Shown here: positions 28,878 to 39,400 of the stretch, piece after piece
Position numbering within the stretch: the first letter of the stretch is position 1
Layout: every line of letters begins with the position of its first letter
Source of the DNA: an uncultured Deferribacteres bacterium
GTDB lineage: Bacteria; Zhuqueibacterota; Zhuqueibacteria; Zhuqueibacterales; Geothermadaptataceae
Direction: 5' to 3'
DNA: 64,000 nt
Assembly: GCA_964014485.1 (NCBI GenBank)
Contig: CAXHAT010000008.1
Span: forward strand, 1 to 64,000
Translations under genes and position numbers: made by a program
Notes under the pieces: model-generated
Seen by the model: the letters and a program-made list of their open reading frames with translations, nothing else
Databases searched by the model: none
Told to the model about the DNA's origin: nothing

Positions 28878-29768
28878 ATGACACGTCAAAAGAAATTTCT
28901 TTTGTTCCTGGCCGCGCCTTGGCTTTTGCTTGTGCAGTCCGGGTGCGATATTGATCACGGCCTGGCTCCGATCACGACAAAAATTCGCGGCAAGGTCGAA
29001 TTCTCCGGCCCGGCTCCGTTGGGAAATGTTTCGGAAGTTCGAGTCGCCGCCGCCAAAATTTTTCCGCCTGTTAATCTCACATCTGATCTTCTCTACAGCA
29101 ATCAACTCGAAATTAATCGCGACACTTCGCGGACAGATTCTTATATCATCGACTTTGAGATTTCAGCCACGGAAGGAGAGTATCCGGCGGTTGGCGTGCT
29201 CTGGCGCGAGGGCGGCAAGTCGTGGGAGATCACCAATATTCTCGGACTTTACACTGATCTCGGCAGCTTGGGCCCGAAGCCCATAACCGTAACAGCGGAA
29301 GGACAAAGCGAAGAAATTCTTATTCCGGCGGATTGGGGACTCTCGCACCGCACGGCTTTTATTGAGGGTGACATCCATTTCAAGGGCGAATGGCCGGCGG
29401 ACACGGAATTGCTCGCCGCCGCCAGCTTCCCGATTATTCCGAATCCAGACAATCCATTCGATTTTCTCACGCTGCAATCGCTCAACATCGCCATTCCGAC
29501 CTTCGTTGACGGACCGATTCCGTACCGTCTGCGCGTTCCCGTGGGCACGCACAAATTTATCTCCGTTTTCTACAAAGGCCGCAGCGGCGGGCTGTTTGAC
29601 ATCCGCGCCGTTGGCTTCCATAGCTGCCCGGACGATTCCACCATGCCGCGCGCCGTCACCGTCGGACACGAAGAAACTGCTTCGGACATCGACATTATCG
29701 TCGATCTTGAAAGTTTGCCTGCCGGGGCAAGATATTCGCTTGAAGGCGGAGAATGCGGCAGTCAATGA
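28878..29768 (+). CDS. Lipoprotein with two tandem internal domains
   Basis: Lipobox VQSGC; CDIDHGLAP; two similar halves starting IRGKVEFSG and IEGDIHFKG. Confidence 0.7.
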   Translation: MTRQKKFLLFLAAPWLLLVQSGCDIDHGLAPITTKIRGKVEFSGPAPLGNVSEVRVAAAKIFPPVNLTSDLLYSNQLEINRDTSRTDSYIIDFEISATEGEYPAVGVLWREGGKSWEITNILGLYTDLGSLGPKPITVTAEGQSEEILIPADWGLSHRTAFIEGDIHFKGEWPADTELLAAASFPIIPNPDNPFDFLTLQSLNIAIPTFVDGPIPYRLRVPVGTHKFISVFYKGRSGGLFDIRAVGFHSCPDDSTMPRAVTVGHEETASDIDIIVDLESLPAGARYSLEGGECGSQ

Positions 29769-29912
29769 CAAATCAGTTTTTTCTCTGGATACGCTATTTC
29801 AGTATGATAATTTGAGGTTTTTAGCAAAGCAAGAATTCGGCGGAACAATTTCAGCAAAAATCGTTTTGCCGCCTAATTGTTCTGCCAAAGAAATAGACTA
29901 AAGGCTATAAAA

Positions 29913-32174
29913 ATGAATTTTGGAAAAATCAGCTCTTTGAAAGGCGTTCTCGCCTTTTTGATTTTAATCCCATCCCTTGCGCTCGCCCAACCTACCGGCA
30001 CATTGCGCGGGAAGGTGGTCGACGCCAAGACGGATGAGACTTTGCCCGGCGCAAACATCGTCATCGACGGCACTTATCGCGGCACGGCTGCGAACGGCAA
30101 GGGCGAATTCAGAATCCCCGGGCTCGAGTCAGGCGGCTATGATCTGCGCGTCAGTTTCATCGGTTATGAAACTAAAATCGCGGAGATTTTTATCTATCCG
30201 GATTCGTCCCACAATGTCAACATTGCGCTTGAGCCGGGCGCGTTGCAAATGGGCGAAGTTATGGTGACGGCTTCGCGGCAAGTAGAAGAAGTATCGCAAA
30301 CCACGGTCAGCGCCAGCGTGCTTACGAGTGAAGCCGCGATGATCCGAAACTCCTTGCGGCTCGACCAGGCGCTGGAAAGCGTGCCCGGCGTTAATCTCAT
30401 GGCCGAAAACGTCAACATTCGCAACAGCACCGGCTATACGCGCGGACTCGGCAGCCGCGTGCTCATTCTGCTCGACGGCGTGCCCGTACTCATCAGCGAT
30501 TTCGGCAATATGAATTGGGACATTCTGCCGGTGACGGACATTTCGCGCGTTGAAGTGCTCAAGGGCCCGGCCTCCGCAATCTACGGCTCGTTCGCTCTTG
30601 GCGGCGTGATGAATGTCATTACTCACAGGCCGACATACGACGGCAAATTTTCCATCCGAACTACTGCCGGGCTATACGACAAACCTTACTACAAAGAATG
30701 GGAATGGACGGATCGCACGCTGAATTTTAACCGCACGGACGTCAGCTACTCGAAGCAAGTCGGCAAATTCGGTTTCCGCTTTGCCGCAGGACGGCACTAC
30801 TCGACGGGCGACCGGGTCAATCGCCATTTCACGCGTTGGAACGGCTCAGGCAAAATTATTTTCACGCCAAATCGAAAATCCGAGCTCACGATGTGGGGTT
30901 CATACGCCCGCGATCGTCGGGGCGAGTTCGTCTGGTCGAGCTTCGACAATCCCTATCTCGTCGACCCTGAATTTGAGGACTTTTCGCTTTCGCTCGACGC
31001 TTATTCGTTTTACACGCTTTATCGTCACAAATTCAGCAACGTTTTCGAAGTCAACGCGCGCGTTTCCTATGTGCGGCAATTGACCGGCAATCAATTCAAA
31101 GTCGAGGGTGATTTTCAACCGGCGCAAGGGCCGGGCGCGAATGTTTATTTTCAGATTAGGCCGCACCGCACACTCGACTGGACGACGGGCGTTGATTATA
31201 AATTTGACTACGCCGAGCAACGGCATTTTGGCAAACACACGGCGTACACGCTGTCGCCTTATTTCCAGCAAGTCTGGCAGCCGAACGAGCGTTTCAAACT
31301 GACCGTGGGCGCGCGCTACGATTATTACAATCTCCTGCCCGCCCCCGAAATTCAAGATCAGTTTTTCAAGGCCAAACCAATCATCAACCCGCTGCCGGAC
31401 GGCCAAACCGAAGATCATTTTAGTCCGCAAATCGGTGCGAGCTACCGCTTTTTTGACAACACTGTTTTTCACATGGCCTTCGGCACGGGCATACGCATCC
31501 CGTCCCTTGCCGAGCGTTTCATGAGCTTCACTATTCCCATCGAATTTCGCGGCAACTCGAATCTTGTCACTGAAAATTCACAATCCGTGGAGGCGGGAAT
31601 ACGTCAGGATATTGGCGGGGCGGTGCATTTTGAAGTTACGGCGTTTTCAAATACTTACGAAAATCTCATCGAGCCGGTTTACGTCGCGGACATCAGCAGC
31701 TTTTTTGCCACGCTGATCAACATTCAGCAAGCGCGCATCAACGGCGTTGAGTTTGGCGCGAAATTTAGCTTTTTTGATAATATTTTTGCGCTCAAAGGCT
31801 CGACCACTTTCACCGATCCGATCATCCAGTTGCGCGGCGATCACCCCGGCATTCAATTGCCGTTTGAAACCGGTGATTATTTGAGTTACCGTCCCAAACT
31901 CATCGCCTACGTTTCGCCGGAACTCAATCTCGGCCCGGTGCAATTGGCAGCGGACTTCAGCTACGCCTCCAAGCTCGACCGCGTGCAAGTACAAGTTTTC
32001 AAAGACGATCCCCGCGTGGCGAAAAAGCAGCTCGATGTACGCGCTTCCTGGCGCATCAGCAATTTGATGATCCAAGCCATCGTGCGTAACGTCTTGCACT
32101 ACAATTATACCCTGATCGAGCGCAATTACAACGAAGTCAGAAACGCCGCGCTTGCGTTAAGGTGGGATTATTAA
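29913..32174 (+). CDS. TonB-dependent receptor with carboxypeptidase-regulatory-like N-domain
   Basis: GKVVDAKTDETLPGANI, EVMVTASR, plug RVLILLDGVP..RVEVLKGPASAIYG..GGVMNVIT; C-terminal LRWDY. Confidence 0.92.
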   Translation: MNFGKISSLKGVLAFLILIPSLALAQPTGTLRGKVVDAKTDETLPGANIVIDGTYRGTAANGKGEFRIPGLESGGYDLRVSFIGYETKIAEIFIYPDSSHNVNIALEPGALQMGEVMVTASRQVEEVSQTTVSASVLTSEAAMIRNSLRLDQALESVPGVNLMAENVNIRNSTGYTRGLGSRVLILLDGVPVLISDFGNMNWDILPVTDISRVEVLKGPASAIYGSFALGGVMNVITHRPTYDGKFSIRTTAGLYDKPYYKEWEWTDRTLNFNRTDVSYSKQVGKFGFRFAAGRHYSTGDRVNRHFTRWNGSGKIIFTPNRKSELTMWGSYARDRRGEFVWSSFDNPYLVDPEFEDFSLSLDAYSFYTLYRHKFSNVFEVNARVSYVRQLTGNQFKVEGDFQPAQGPGANVYFQIRPHRTLDWTTGVDYKFDYAEQRHFGKHTAYTLSPYFQQVWQPNERFKLTVGARYDYYNLLPAPEIQDQFFKAKPIINPLPDGQTEDHFSPQIGASYRFFDNTVFHMAFGTGIRIPSLAERFMSFTIPIEFRGNSNLVTENSQSVEAGIRQDIGGAVHFEVTAFSNTYENLIEPVYVADISSFFATLINIQQARINGVEFGAKFSFFDNIFALKGSTTFTDPIIQLRGDHPGIQLPFETGDYLSYRPKLIAYVSPELNLGPVQLAADFSYASKLDRVQVQVFKDDPRVAKKQLDVRASWRISNLMIQAIVRNVLHYNYTLIERNYNEVRNAALALRWDY

Positions 32175-32186
32175 CGACTTGTCAAT

Positions 32187-32220
32187 GAAAGGAACTCGCA
32201 ACTGTTAGTGAGTTCCTTTC
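32187..32220. terminator. Hairpin between convergent genes (possible bidirectional terminator)
   Basis: gaaaggaactc..gagttcctttc perfect 11-bp stem. Confidence 0.5.
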
Positions 32221-32296
32221 GAAGTTCTCCCCGAGAAATGGCCGCCGGTTTCGTCGTGGCTCTTCCCAAATTTACACCTACGAGCGTTTTTTCGGA

Positions 32297-33718
32297 TTAT
32301 TTGAGAAAAACCATCGAGCGTACGGATGAGTAAGCGCCGACGGTAATTCTATAAAAGTACAACCCGCTTGTAAAACCTGCTGCGTTCCAGCGCGCCGTGT
32401 GACGCCCGGCTTCGAAACGGTCGTTGGCGATAACCGCGACTCTTTTGCCACGCAAATCATATAATTCTATGATGACGTTCGCAGCATCGGGCACATCGAA
32501 CGGAATAAGAGTGCTCTGGTTGAAAGGGTTGGGGTAATTTTGATGGAGTCTAAACTCACTCGGCAAACTCTCGCGTTCGTCCTGCGAAACGGAAGTTGTA
32601 AGAAAAGTTTTAGCCGCCTTAAACAGGGCTGGGGCGATGATATAGACGCTGTCAAAATCGTCCTGGTTGACCAAAACGCTGACGCTGATCCCGGTTGCAG
32701 GCGAGTAGGCGATGATCGATCTGAGCCCGGGCAATGAGCCAGTGTGTCCCCAGAGTTCTTCTCCCTCAAAATTAAATCGCATGGTTCCCAGGCCGTAGCC
32801 CGTCCATAATGGATAGTAGGAAACCGGCGTGACTTCCCTTAATTCGGCAAGTGAGGCGGCGTTCAGAACTTTACCGCCGTGGAGTGCTTCGGCCCAGTTT
32901 GCCAGGTCGGTTGCCGTAGAAATGACGCCCCAGCTCGAATACGGGTTCGCGCCGATCTGTTCACTCAAATCATCGACTTTGCCGTCCCCGTCACGATCCA
33001 GCCAATAATGCACTATTTTGCCGGTAACTTCTTCAACAGCCGGGAAAAATGAATTTTCGAGTTCAAGCGGCTCGAAGAAACGATTCCGTATTTGCTCCGA
33101 AAAGGTTGAGTCTGCGGCAGTGTCGCTGATCATCTCTAACAAAATGTAGTTGGTGTTTGAATACTCAAACCTTGCTCCGGGAGTAAAAACCGGAGACCTG
33201 ACAAAATTTTCCAATATTTCTTCCTGCGACCATTTTCTGGCCGGATCGTTCCAGAGCGAGTCCCAAAAAGCCGAATTGTTGGTGTAATTGTAGACGCCGC
33301 TGGTATGAGAAAGCAATTGCCGTATCGTGATGTTGGAATTGACATAGGGGAGCTTCGCCAGCCACCGGTGCAATGAATCTTGCAGCGCAAGCCGTCCTTC
33401 TTCGGCGAGTTTTAGAATGAGGGCCGCTTTGAACGTTTTTGAAATGCTCGCAATCGTAAACCGCATGTCCGGTTTGAGAATTTCGAAAGGCGATGTGGTG
33501 GAAACGCCCGCGGCCCCGGCCCATAGACCTTGCCCCGGCAGAATCACGGCGGCCGATACGCCCATCACATCTTGTTTAAAGCGTTCCCGATGAATGGTCG
33601 TTTGCAAAGTTTGGGCAAGTTGCGGGTCAAAATGTTCGCCGCTCTGTTTTGCAAGGCTAACCTCGATTAAGAGAAAAAGCTTCGCTGCCAAGAGAAATGA
33701 AAAAACGCCTGGTTTCAT
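32297..33718 (-). CDS. Beta-lactamase-family serine hydrolase (D-Ala-D-Ala peptidase-like) with T9SS type-A CTD
   Basis: ASISK (SxxK), LLSHTSG, YSNTNY, GHTG; C-terminal LHQNYPNPFN..SGLYFYRI. Confidence 0.9.
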   Translation of the reverse strand: MKPGVFSFLLAAKLFLLIEVSLAKQSGEHFDPQLAQTLQTTIHRERFKQDVMGVSAAVILPGQGLWAGAAGVSTTSPFEILKPDMRFTIASISKTFKAALILKLAEEGRLALQDSLHRWLAKLPYVNSNITIRQLLSHTSGVYNYTNNSAFWDSLWNDPARKWSQEEILENFVRSPVFTPGARFEYSNTNYILLEMISDTAADSTFSEQIRNRFFEPLELENSFFPAVEEVTGKIVHYWLDRDGDGKVDDLSEQIGANPYSSWGVISTATDLANWAEALHGGKVLNAASLAELREVTPVSYYPLWTGYGLGTMRFNFEGEELWGHTGSLPGLRSIIAYSPATGISVSVLVNQDDFDSVYIIAPALFKAAKTFLTTSVSQDERESLPSEFRLHQNYPNPFNQSTLIPFDVPDAANVIIELYDLRGKRVAVIANDRFEAGRHTARWNAAGFTSGLYFYRITVGAYSSVRSMVFLK

Positions 33719-33721
33719 GGT

Positions 33722-34282
33722 TTATACTTTATTTTGCACTGTGGCGTAAAACTGGCGGGCATAATCCGTTCGCGGATCATAGTCGATGCTGGTTGCGAAC
33801 ACGTCACGCACTTTCTGGTAGAAGTTCTTTTCAGACGTGCGAATTTTGCGAACGCGCTCGACGAGTTCATCAAAGTAATTGGTTTGCCGTCCTTCCAATC
33901 GCTCGTCGTCCACGACAAAACCTTTGACAATGTATTCACGCAGCGTCTTGGTCGCCCAAATGCGAAACTGCGTACCGCGATGCGATTTCACACGATAGCC
34001 GACGGAGATGATCACATCGAGATTGTAGAAGCTGGTGTTGTACCGCTTCCCATCGGCGGCAGTTGTCCGGAATTTCCGGATAACTGAATTTTCTTCGAGT
34101 TCCCCTTCCCTAAAAATGTTTTTAATGTGCTCGTTGATTGTGCGAACGTTCTTTTGAAACAGTTCAGCCATTTGCTTCTGCGTCAGCCAAACGGTTTCGT
34201 CGTTGAGAACGACTTGAAGGCCGGTTTTGCCGTCTTCGGTTGTGTAGAGAATAAGCTTGCTTTCCGAGCGAGTTGCAGTCAT
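33722..34282 (-). pseudogene. C-terminally truncated RhuM-family (virulence RhuM) gene
   Basis: ETVWLTQKQMAELF..HIKNIF..EL, YNLDVIISVGYRVKS..FRIWAT, RKIRTSEKNFYQKV..FATSIDYD..ATVQNK then stop at 186 aa; RhuM proteins normally continue well beyond this motif. Confidence 0.72.
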
Positions 34283-34434
34283 GGTTCGCGCCCCCCTTCA
34301 TTTGTGTTGAGAATGAAAATTTGAATTGTGATAATGTCGCTGTCGGGCGGGTTTCCCGATTGTTTGACAAACAACATCGGAAAATTTCGAGGAGATTACA
34401 AATGAAAAAGCGATTCGTGCGTTGCCGTTTTCGC

Positions 34435-35940
34435 TTAGAAACCGAGCAAGTCTTTTATGAAGGCAAAGCGCGAGCTTTTGACCAGGAGGGCGAAGGCGAC
34501 GAGCAGGCTCAACCCCAAAATGTACTCAAACGTGACGACCTTTAAGAAACTCCCGCCGCCGAATAATCCGCTGTAGCCAGCGTTTGACCAGTCTTTTTTC
34601 CACCGGATGCCGAGCAGGACGGAGAAGCTGAAATAGATGGAATGCCAAATTCTTTCCAAGCCGCTGATGTGCGCAGACAGCTTTGTAAAATCCACCATGT
34701 TGGCCTTAAAAAACGGACGATTCTTTACGCTGAGCGAGACGGTTTTGCCTTTTGTTTCCTTCAGATCGTCTTTGATGTTTTCCGGCAGATCTGCATTGAC
34801 GATGAGCGCGACGACGGCGTAGTATTTGAAGTGCCACAAGACGGCGAACAACAGCGCGATTGGCAGAACGATAAACAGAGCGAACCGCCAAGCTTGATAC
34901 CCCCAGCCAAAGAACCAGCCGTAGAGAATCCAATGCCATTCCTTTAATATCGCCCTGCGCTGCCAGGCAAGTTCGTACATAACCGCATCGGCGGAAGCAT
35001 TGTTTCTCTGGGCGAGAAAATTGTCTCGGAGTTTGTGATAGGTGATTTCTATTTTGCGGTAATGGTCCGTATTCTCAGAAGGCGGATTCCAAAAAGCGAT
35101 TCGCAAAGAATCTTTTGCCTTAAATTGATCCCAATAGAACTGAAGCTTGCTCTCAGGATAAATGAAAGATTCATCCAGATAAATAAAGTTGACGCTATCG
35201 AAATTAGTTTGTCTTAAATCCACTCCCTCCGCAAATGTTGCACTGACGAGATTAACCGTGCCGCTAAATCGGGCTTGAGAGAACTCTGCTGTGCTGTTGA
35301 ATCGGGCTTCTCTCAAGTTAATCGTGCTGTTGAATTGGGTACCGCTAAAATCAACTGTACTATTGAATTCGGCTTTGTAAAAGTCAGCAATACCGTTGAA
35401 TTGGGCTTCGGAGAAATGAGATATGCTGTCGAATAGGGCTTGGCGGAAGGATACCGTACTTTTAAATTGGGCACCGCTGAATCCAGCCGTACTGTTGAAT
35501 TGTGTTCCTTGAAAGTAAGTCGTACCGTCGAATTGCGCTTGGTAGAAGCCGGCCGTACCGTCGAATTTGGTCTGAGAGAAGTATGCTGTGCTATCGAATT
35601 GGGCACTATAGAAGTCGGCCATACTGCCGAATTTGGTTTCGAAGAAGTAGGCATCACTGTTGAATTCGGCGATGAAGAATTCAGCCGTGCTACTAAATTG
35701 AGCTCCCATAAATTCAGCGATGTTGCTAAATTGAGCTCTGAAAAAATAAACTGTGCTGTCGAATTTAGAACGGCTAAAGCGCGCTTCGGAAAAATTCAAC
35801 GGCATTCGCGTCATCCATGCTTCATGCCGAGTAGTGTCCGGTATGCCGCCATATGGCCATGTTGTCGGGTTTTCCTCTTGCCCGAGAGCGGTTGTGCAGG
35901 CGAGAAGCACGATGAACGAAGTTTTGCAAACTGAACTCAC
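34435..35940 (-). CDS. Pentapeptide-repeat protein (11-aa/33-bp period) with C-terminal channel-like membrane region
   Basis: GTG start, signal peptide; many AxFxxAQFNST-type repeats; helical YHKLRDNF..ADAVMYE segment; TM helices flanking WHSIYFSFSVLLG. Confidence 0.82.
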   Translation of the reverse strand: MSSVCKTSFIVLLACTTALGQEENPTTWPYGGIPDTTRHEAWMTRMPLNFSEARFSRSKFDSTVYFFRAQFSNIAEFMGAQFSSTAEFFIAEFNSDAYFFETKFGSMADFYSAQFDSTAYFSQTKFDGTAGFYQAQFDGTTYFQGTQFNSTAGFSGAQFKSTVSFRQALFDSISHFSEAQFNGIADFYKAEFNSTVDFSGTQFNSTINLREARFNSTAEFSQARFSGTVNLVSATFAEGVDLRQTNFDSVNFIYLDESFIYPESKLQFYWDQFKAKDSLRIAFWNPPSENTDHYRKIEITYHKLRDNFLAQRNNASADAVMYELAWQRRAILKEWHWILYGWFFGWGYQAWRFALFIVLPIALLFAVLWHFKYYAVVALIVNADLPENIKDDLKETKGKTVSLSVKNRPFFKANMVDFTKLSAHISGLERIWHSIYFSFSVLLGIRWKKDWSNAGYSGLFGGGSFLKVVTFEYILGLSLLVAFALLVKSSRFAFIKDLLGF

Positions 35941-36282
35941 GTTGACCTTTTCAAATATTCTTCAAATCTGCTAAAACACGCATAAGCAGCACTCGGAACA
36001 ACAACCACCGATTTAGTACCAAAACGGGGCGTTTTTCCCGCAAGCCGGTTTACGAAGTAGCAAACGCCTTACCTGCTCGTTCCTATGTGTGTGTGTCTTC
36101 TGCAAAGGGCTTGGTAAAAAAAGCAGCGCTACAAACGAAGGAAGAGATCAAGATGATTTGCCGTAAGTGCCGGGATATTGGCGCAGTTTCAGATTATGGG
36201 GTAAGGAGACTCGTTTTTGCTCGGGGAAGGAAATCAGCAAATTAGCGGGGATTCAGTTTTAATCTCAAGAACACAACACCCG

Positions 36283-36349
36283 GTCATTCCTGCGCAGGCA
36301 GGAATCCAGAACGCGCGGAAGACTGGACTCCCGCCTTCGCGGGAGTGAC
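36283..36349. repeat. Second, intergenic dRS3-like palindromic doublet
   Basis: gtcattcctgcgcaggcaggaatcca..tggactcccgccttcgcgggagtgac; same family as 3485-3553. Confidence 0.85.
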
Positions 36350-36423
36350 ATGGCTGAACGGAATTTGAAGAATCGTCCCGGAAAATCTGTGAATCCGTTT
36401 TCCGAGACGATTATTTCAAGCTT

Positions 36424-39400
36424 TTAACTGGCGGGTTCGCTGCCGCGTAGCATTGCCGGTTGGTCGATGGGGGCGAGTTCGCCGGTTGGCTGTTCTTTGC
36501 GCAGGTAGAGCGAGAACAGTTTCATGAAGTAGATGCGCAGGTCGTCGAAGATAGTGTAAAGGAACGGCACGGCGACGAGGGAGAGAATGGTCGAGGTGAG
36601 CAGGCCGCCGATGATGGTGCGTCCCATCGGCGCGTAGGGGATGCCGATCATTGCTGCGTTGCCGACGGCCATCGGGATGAGGCCGCCGATGGTGGTGAAG
36701 GCCGTCATCAAAATCGGGCGGAAACGCTGCTTGCCGCCTTCAATGATGGCGTCAAAGCGGCTGTAGCCTTCCTTGCGCAAACGATTGATCAAGTCGATCA
36801 AAACAATGCCGTTGTTGACCACAATTCCCACCAGAATCACCATGCCGAGACGACTCATGAAATCGATGGGCGTGCCGCTCAAGTACATCAGCCAGAACGC
36901 GCCGACAAAGGCGAACGGAATCGAAAACAGAATCGACAGCGGCAGAATCCACGATTCGAACAGGATGCCCATGATCAGGTAAACGAAAGTGATCGAAAGA
37001 ATCATGGCGAAGAAGATCGCATCGTTGCGCTCCTGCTGCATGTTAAAGCTGCGGCCCTTGCCCCAAGTGTAACCGTAAGGCATTTCAAAGCTGGCCATGG
37101 CAAGATCGACTTTTTCCTGCAAGGCGCTTTTGTTGTCCTCGGTGGAGTTGGCCTTGATCGACAGGAACGTTTTGCCGTTCTCGCGCCGAATTTCGCCCAC
37201 GCCCTTGGTGATGGTAAATGACGCGACGGCGTCCAGCGGGACTTCCTTCCCGGCGCTGGTGAAGAAAGTCATGTTTTTGAGCTGAGTCAAATTCTTGCGG
37301 TCCGACTCGCGCAATTGAATTTGCACGTCGATTTCCTTGTCCTCGGCGTAGTACTTCGGCAGCGGGATGCCGCGCACGGCGTATTGCACGGTGCCGGAAA
37401 TCATCTGCGGCGAGATGCCGTATTTTTTCGCCTGCTCACGCTTGATCGTCAGGTGGATTTCGTCTTTGCCCTTCTCGCGGTCGGTCTCGATGCTGACAAT
37501 CTCTTCAACCCTGCTCAAGCGGCGCTCAACTTCTTTGGAAAGATCGACCAGCGTACCGGTATCATCGCCGTAGAGCGTAATTTCGATGGACGAATCGTCT
37601 CGGCCGCTGCGTCGCCAGCGGGTGCGAATATCAACGCCGGCGAATTTCGGCAGGCGTTCGTTCAAATCTTCGACAACTTCATCGCGCGGCATAACGCCGT
37701 CCGGCAAAACGCCGAATTTCTTGAGAATATTATCGTACACGACTTCGAACCACTCTTTCTTCGGCGGCGGGGTGAGGAAGACGCGCATTTGTCCCCAGGT
37801 GGCGCTGTAGCGCGAGTTAATGGTGCGAATGCCGTACGCTTCTTTTTTGGCCCAGACCGTGTCTTCGACGGCTTGAAAGAGCTTTTCCGTATCGTCGAGC
37901 GCATAGTTGTCCGGCAGTTCAAAAAACAGGCGGATGTCGTTGATGTTGCCTTCCGAATCGTCGGTGGATTTGGCGTTGCTGGCAGCGAACTGCATCGAAG
38001 CGATGACGCCGATGAGAATGAGAAAAGTCCACATGCGGTTGCCCATCGTCCATCGCAGCATCCCCTGGTAAAAATTGTTCGAGCGAACGATGATCCTGGG
38101 CTCTTCCACCTTTCGCTTGCTGACGATTTTCGTGGCGGCCAGCGGAATGAAAATCATGGCGATAATGAGAGAAGCGACCAGTGAAACGATCACTGGGAGG
38201 CCAAGCCGCAGCATGAAAAATTTGGCGTCGCTTTCGTCGTTCATCAAAATCATCGGCAGGAAAACAACGACGGTGGTCAGCGTCGCCATGGTGATCGCGA
38301 GGCCGACTTCGCTGGCGCCGAACAGCCCGGCTTTCTTATCGTTCAGCCCCTGCGCGCGACGGCGGTAGATGTTTTCCAAAACCACAATCGAGTTATCGAC
38401 GACCATGCCGATGGAAATCATCAGGCCCATCATGGTGATCAGATTCAGGCTCCAGCCGGAGAAGTAGATTACGATCAACGTGATGAGCAAAGACAGCGGG
38501 ATTGCGACGTTGACGATCAGCGTCATGCGGAAACGGCGCAGGAAAAAGAACAGGATGAGAAACGCGAAAACGCCGCCCCAGAGCGCTGCGTTTTGCAGGT
38601 TCGAAACCGACTCGACGATCCAGTCGCCCTGGTTGAACAGAATGTCCATTTTGAAATTGGCAAGGCGCGGATCCTGGCCGTATTCATTGACGAAAAGATC
38701 GTTGACGCGCTGGCAAATTTCGACGGTGTTGGCTTCCGATTCTTTGAAAATGCCCACGCCGACCGCCGGGCTGCCGTCGATTTTGTTGCGCCAACGTCGC
38801 TCCGGCACGTCGTACTTGACCTCGGCGACGTCCTTCAAACGAATGTTTGCGCCTTTGATTGGCAGATTTTGGATTTGATCCAGCGTTTTGAATTTGCCCT
38901 GGGAGCGCACGTAAATTTCCCGCCCGCCTTCCGTGACATTGCCGCTGGAAACGGCAAAATTGTCATCACGCAGATTTTGAATCACTTCAAAAAGATTGAT
39001 TTTGTGCGCCTTGACCAGGTCCTGGTTGATGTGAATCAAGATCGATTTTTCATCCGCGCCCCAAACCTCGACTTTTGCAATGCCGTCGACGCGTTCGAGC
39101 GGTTTTTTGACGTACTGCTCGATCATCAGGTAAGCGTCTTCCATCGGCTCTTTTTCGGCAAAGGAAACCCAGAGAATCGGCTCGTCGTCGTTGCTCCATT
39201 TTTCGATGTAAATGCGCTCGAAATCGTCCGGCAGTTCGGTTTTGACGCGCTCCATGCGGTCGCGCACATTCGCGTAGGCGACCTTCATATCCGCGCCGTT
39301 GGCGAACTCGATAAACGCCCACATGCCGTTTCCGTGACTGGTGGTTTGCACGCGACGCACGCCGCTTACCGTGCGCAATTGCTCTTCAATCGGCTTGGTG

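Noticed and set aside
34283..34434. Integron attC site between the pentapeptide gene and rhuM
   Set aside because: No RYYYAAC/GTTRRRY boxes; only a short imperfect hairpin.
35250..35800. 33-bp periodic DNA as possible CRISPR array
   Set aside because: Degenerate coding repeats of the pentapeptide protein; no invariant repeat/unique spacer structure and no cas genes.
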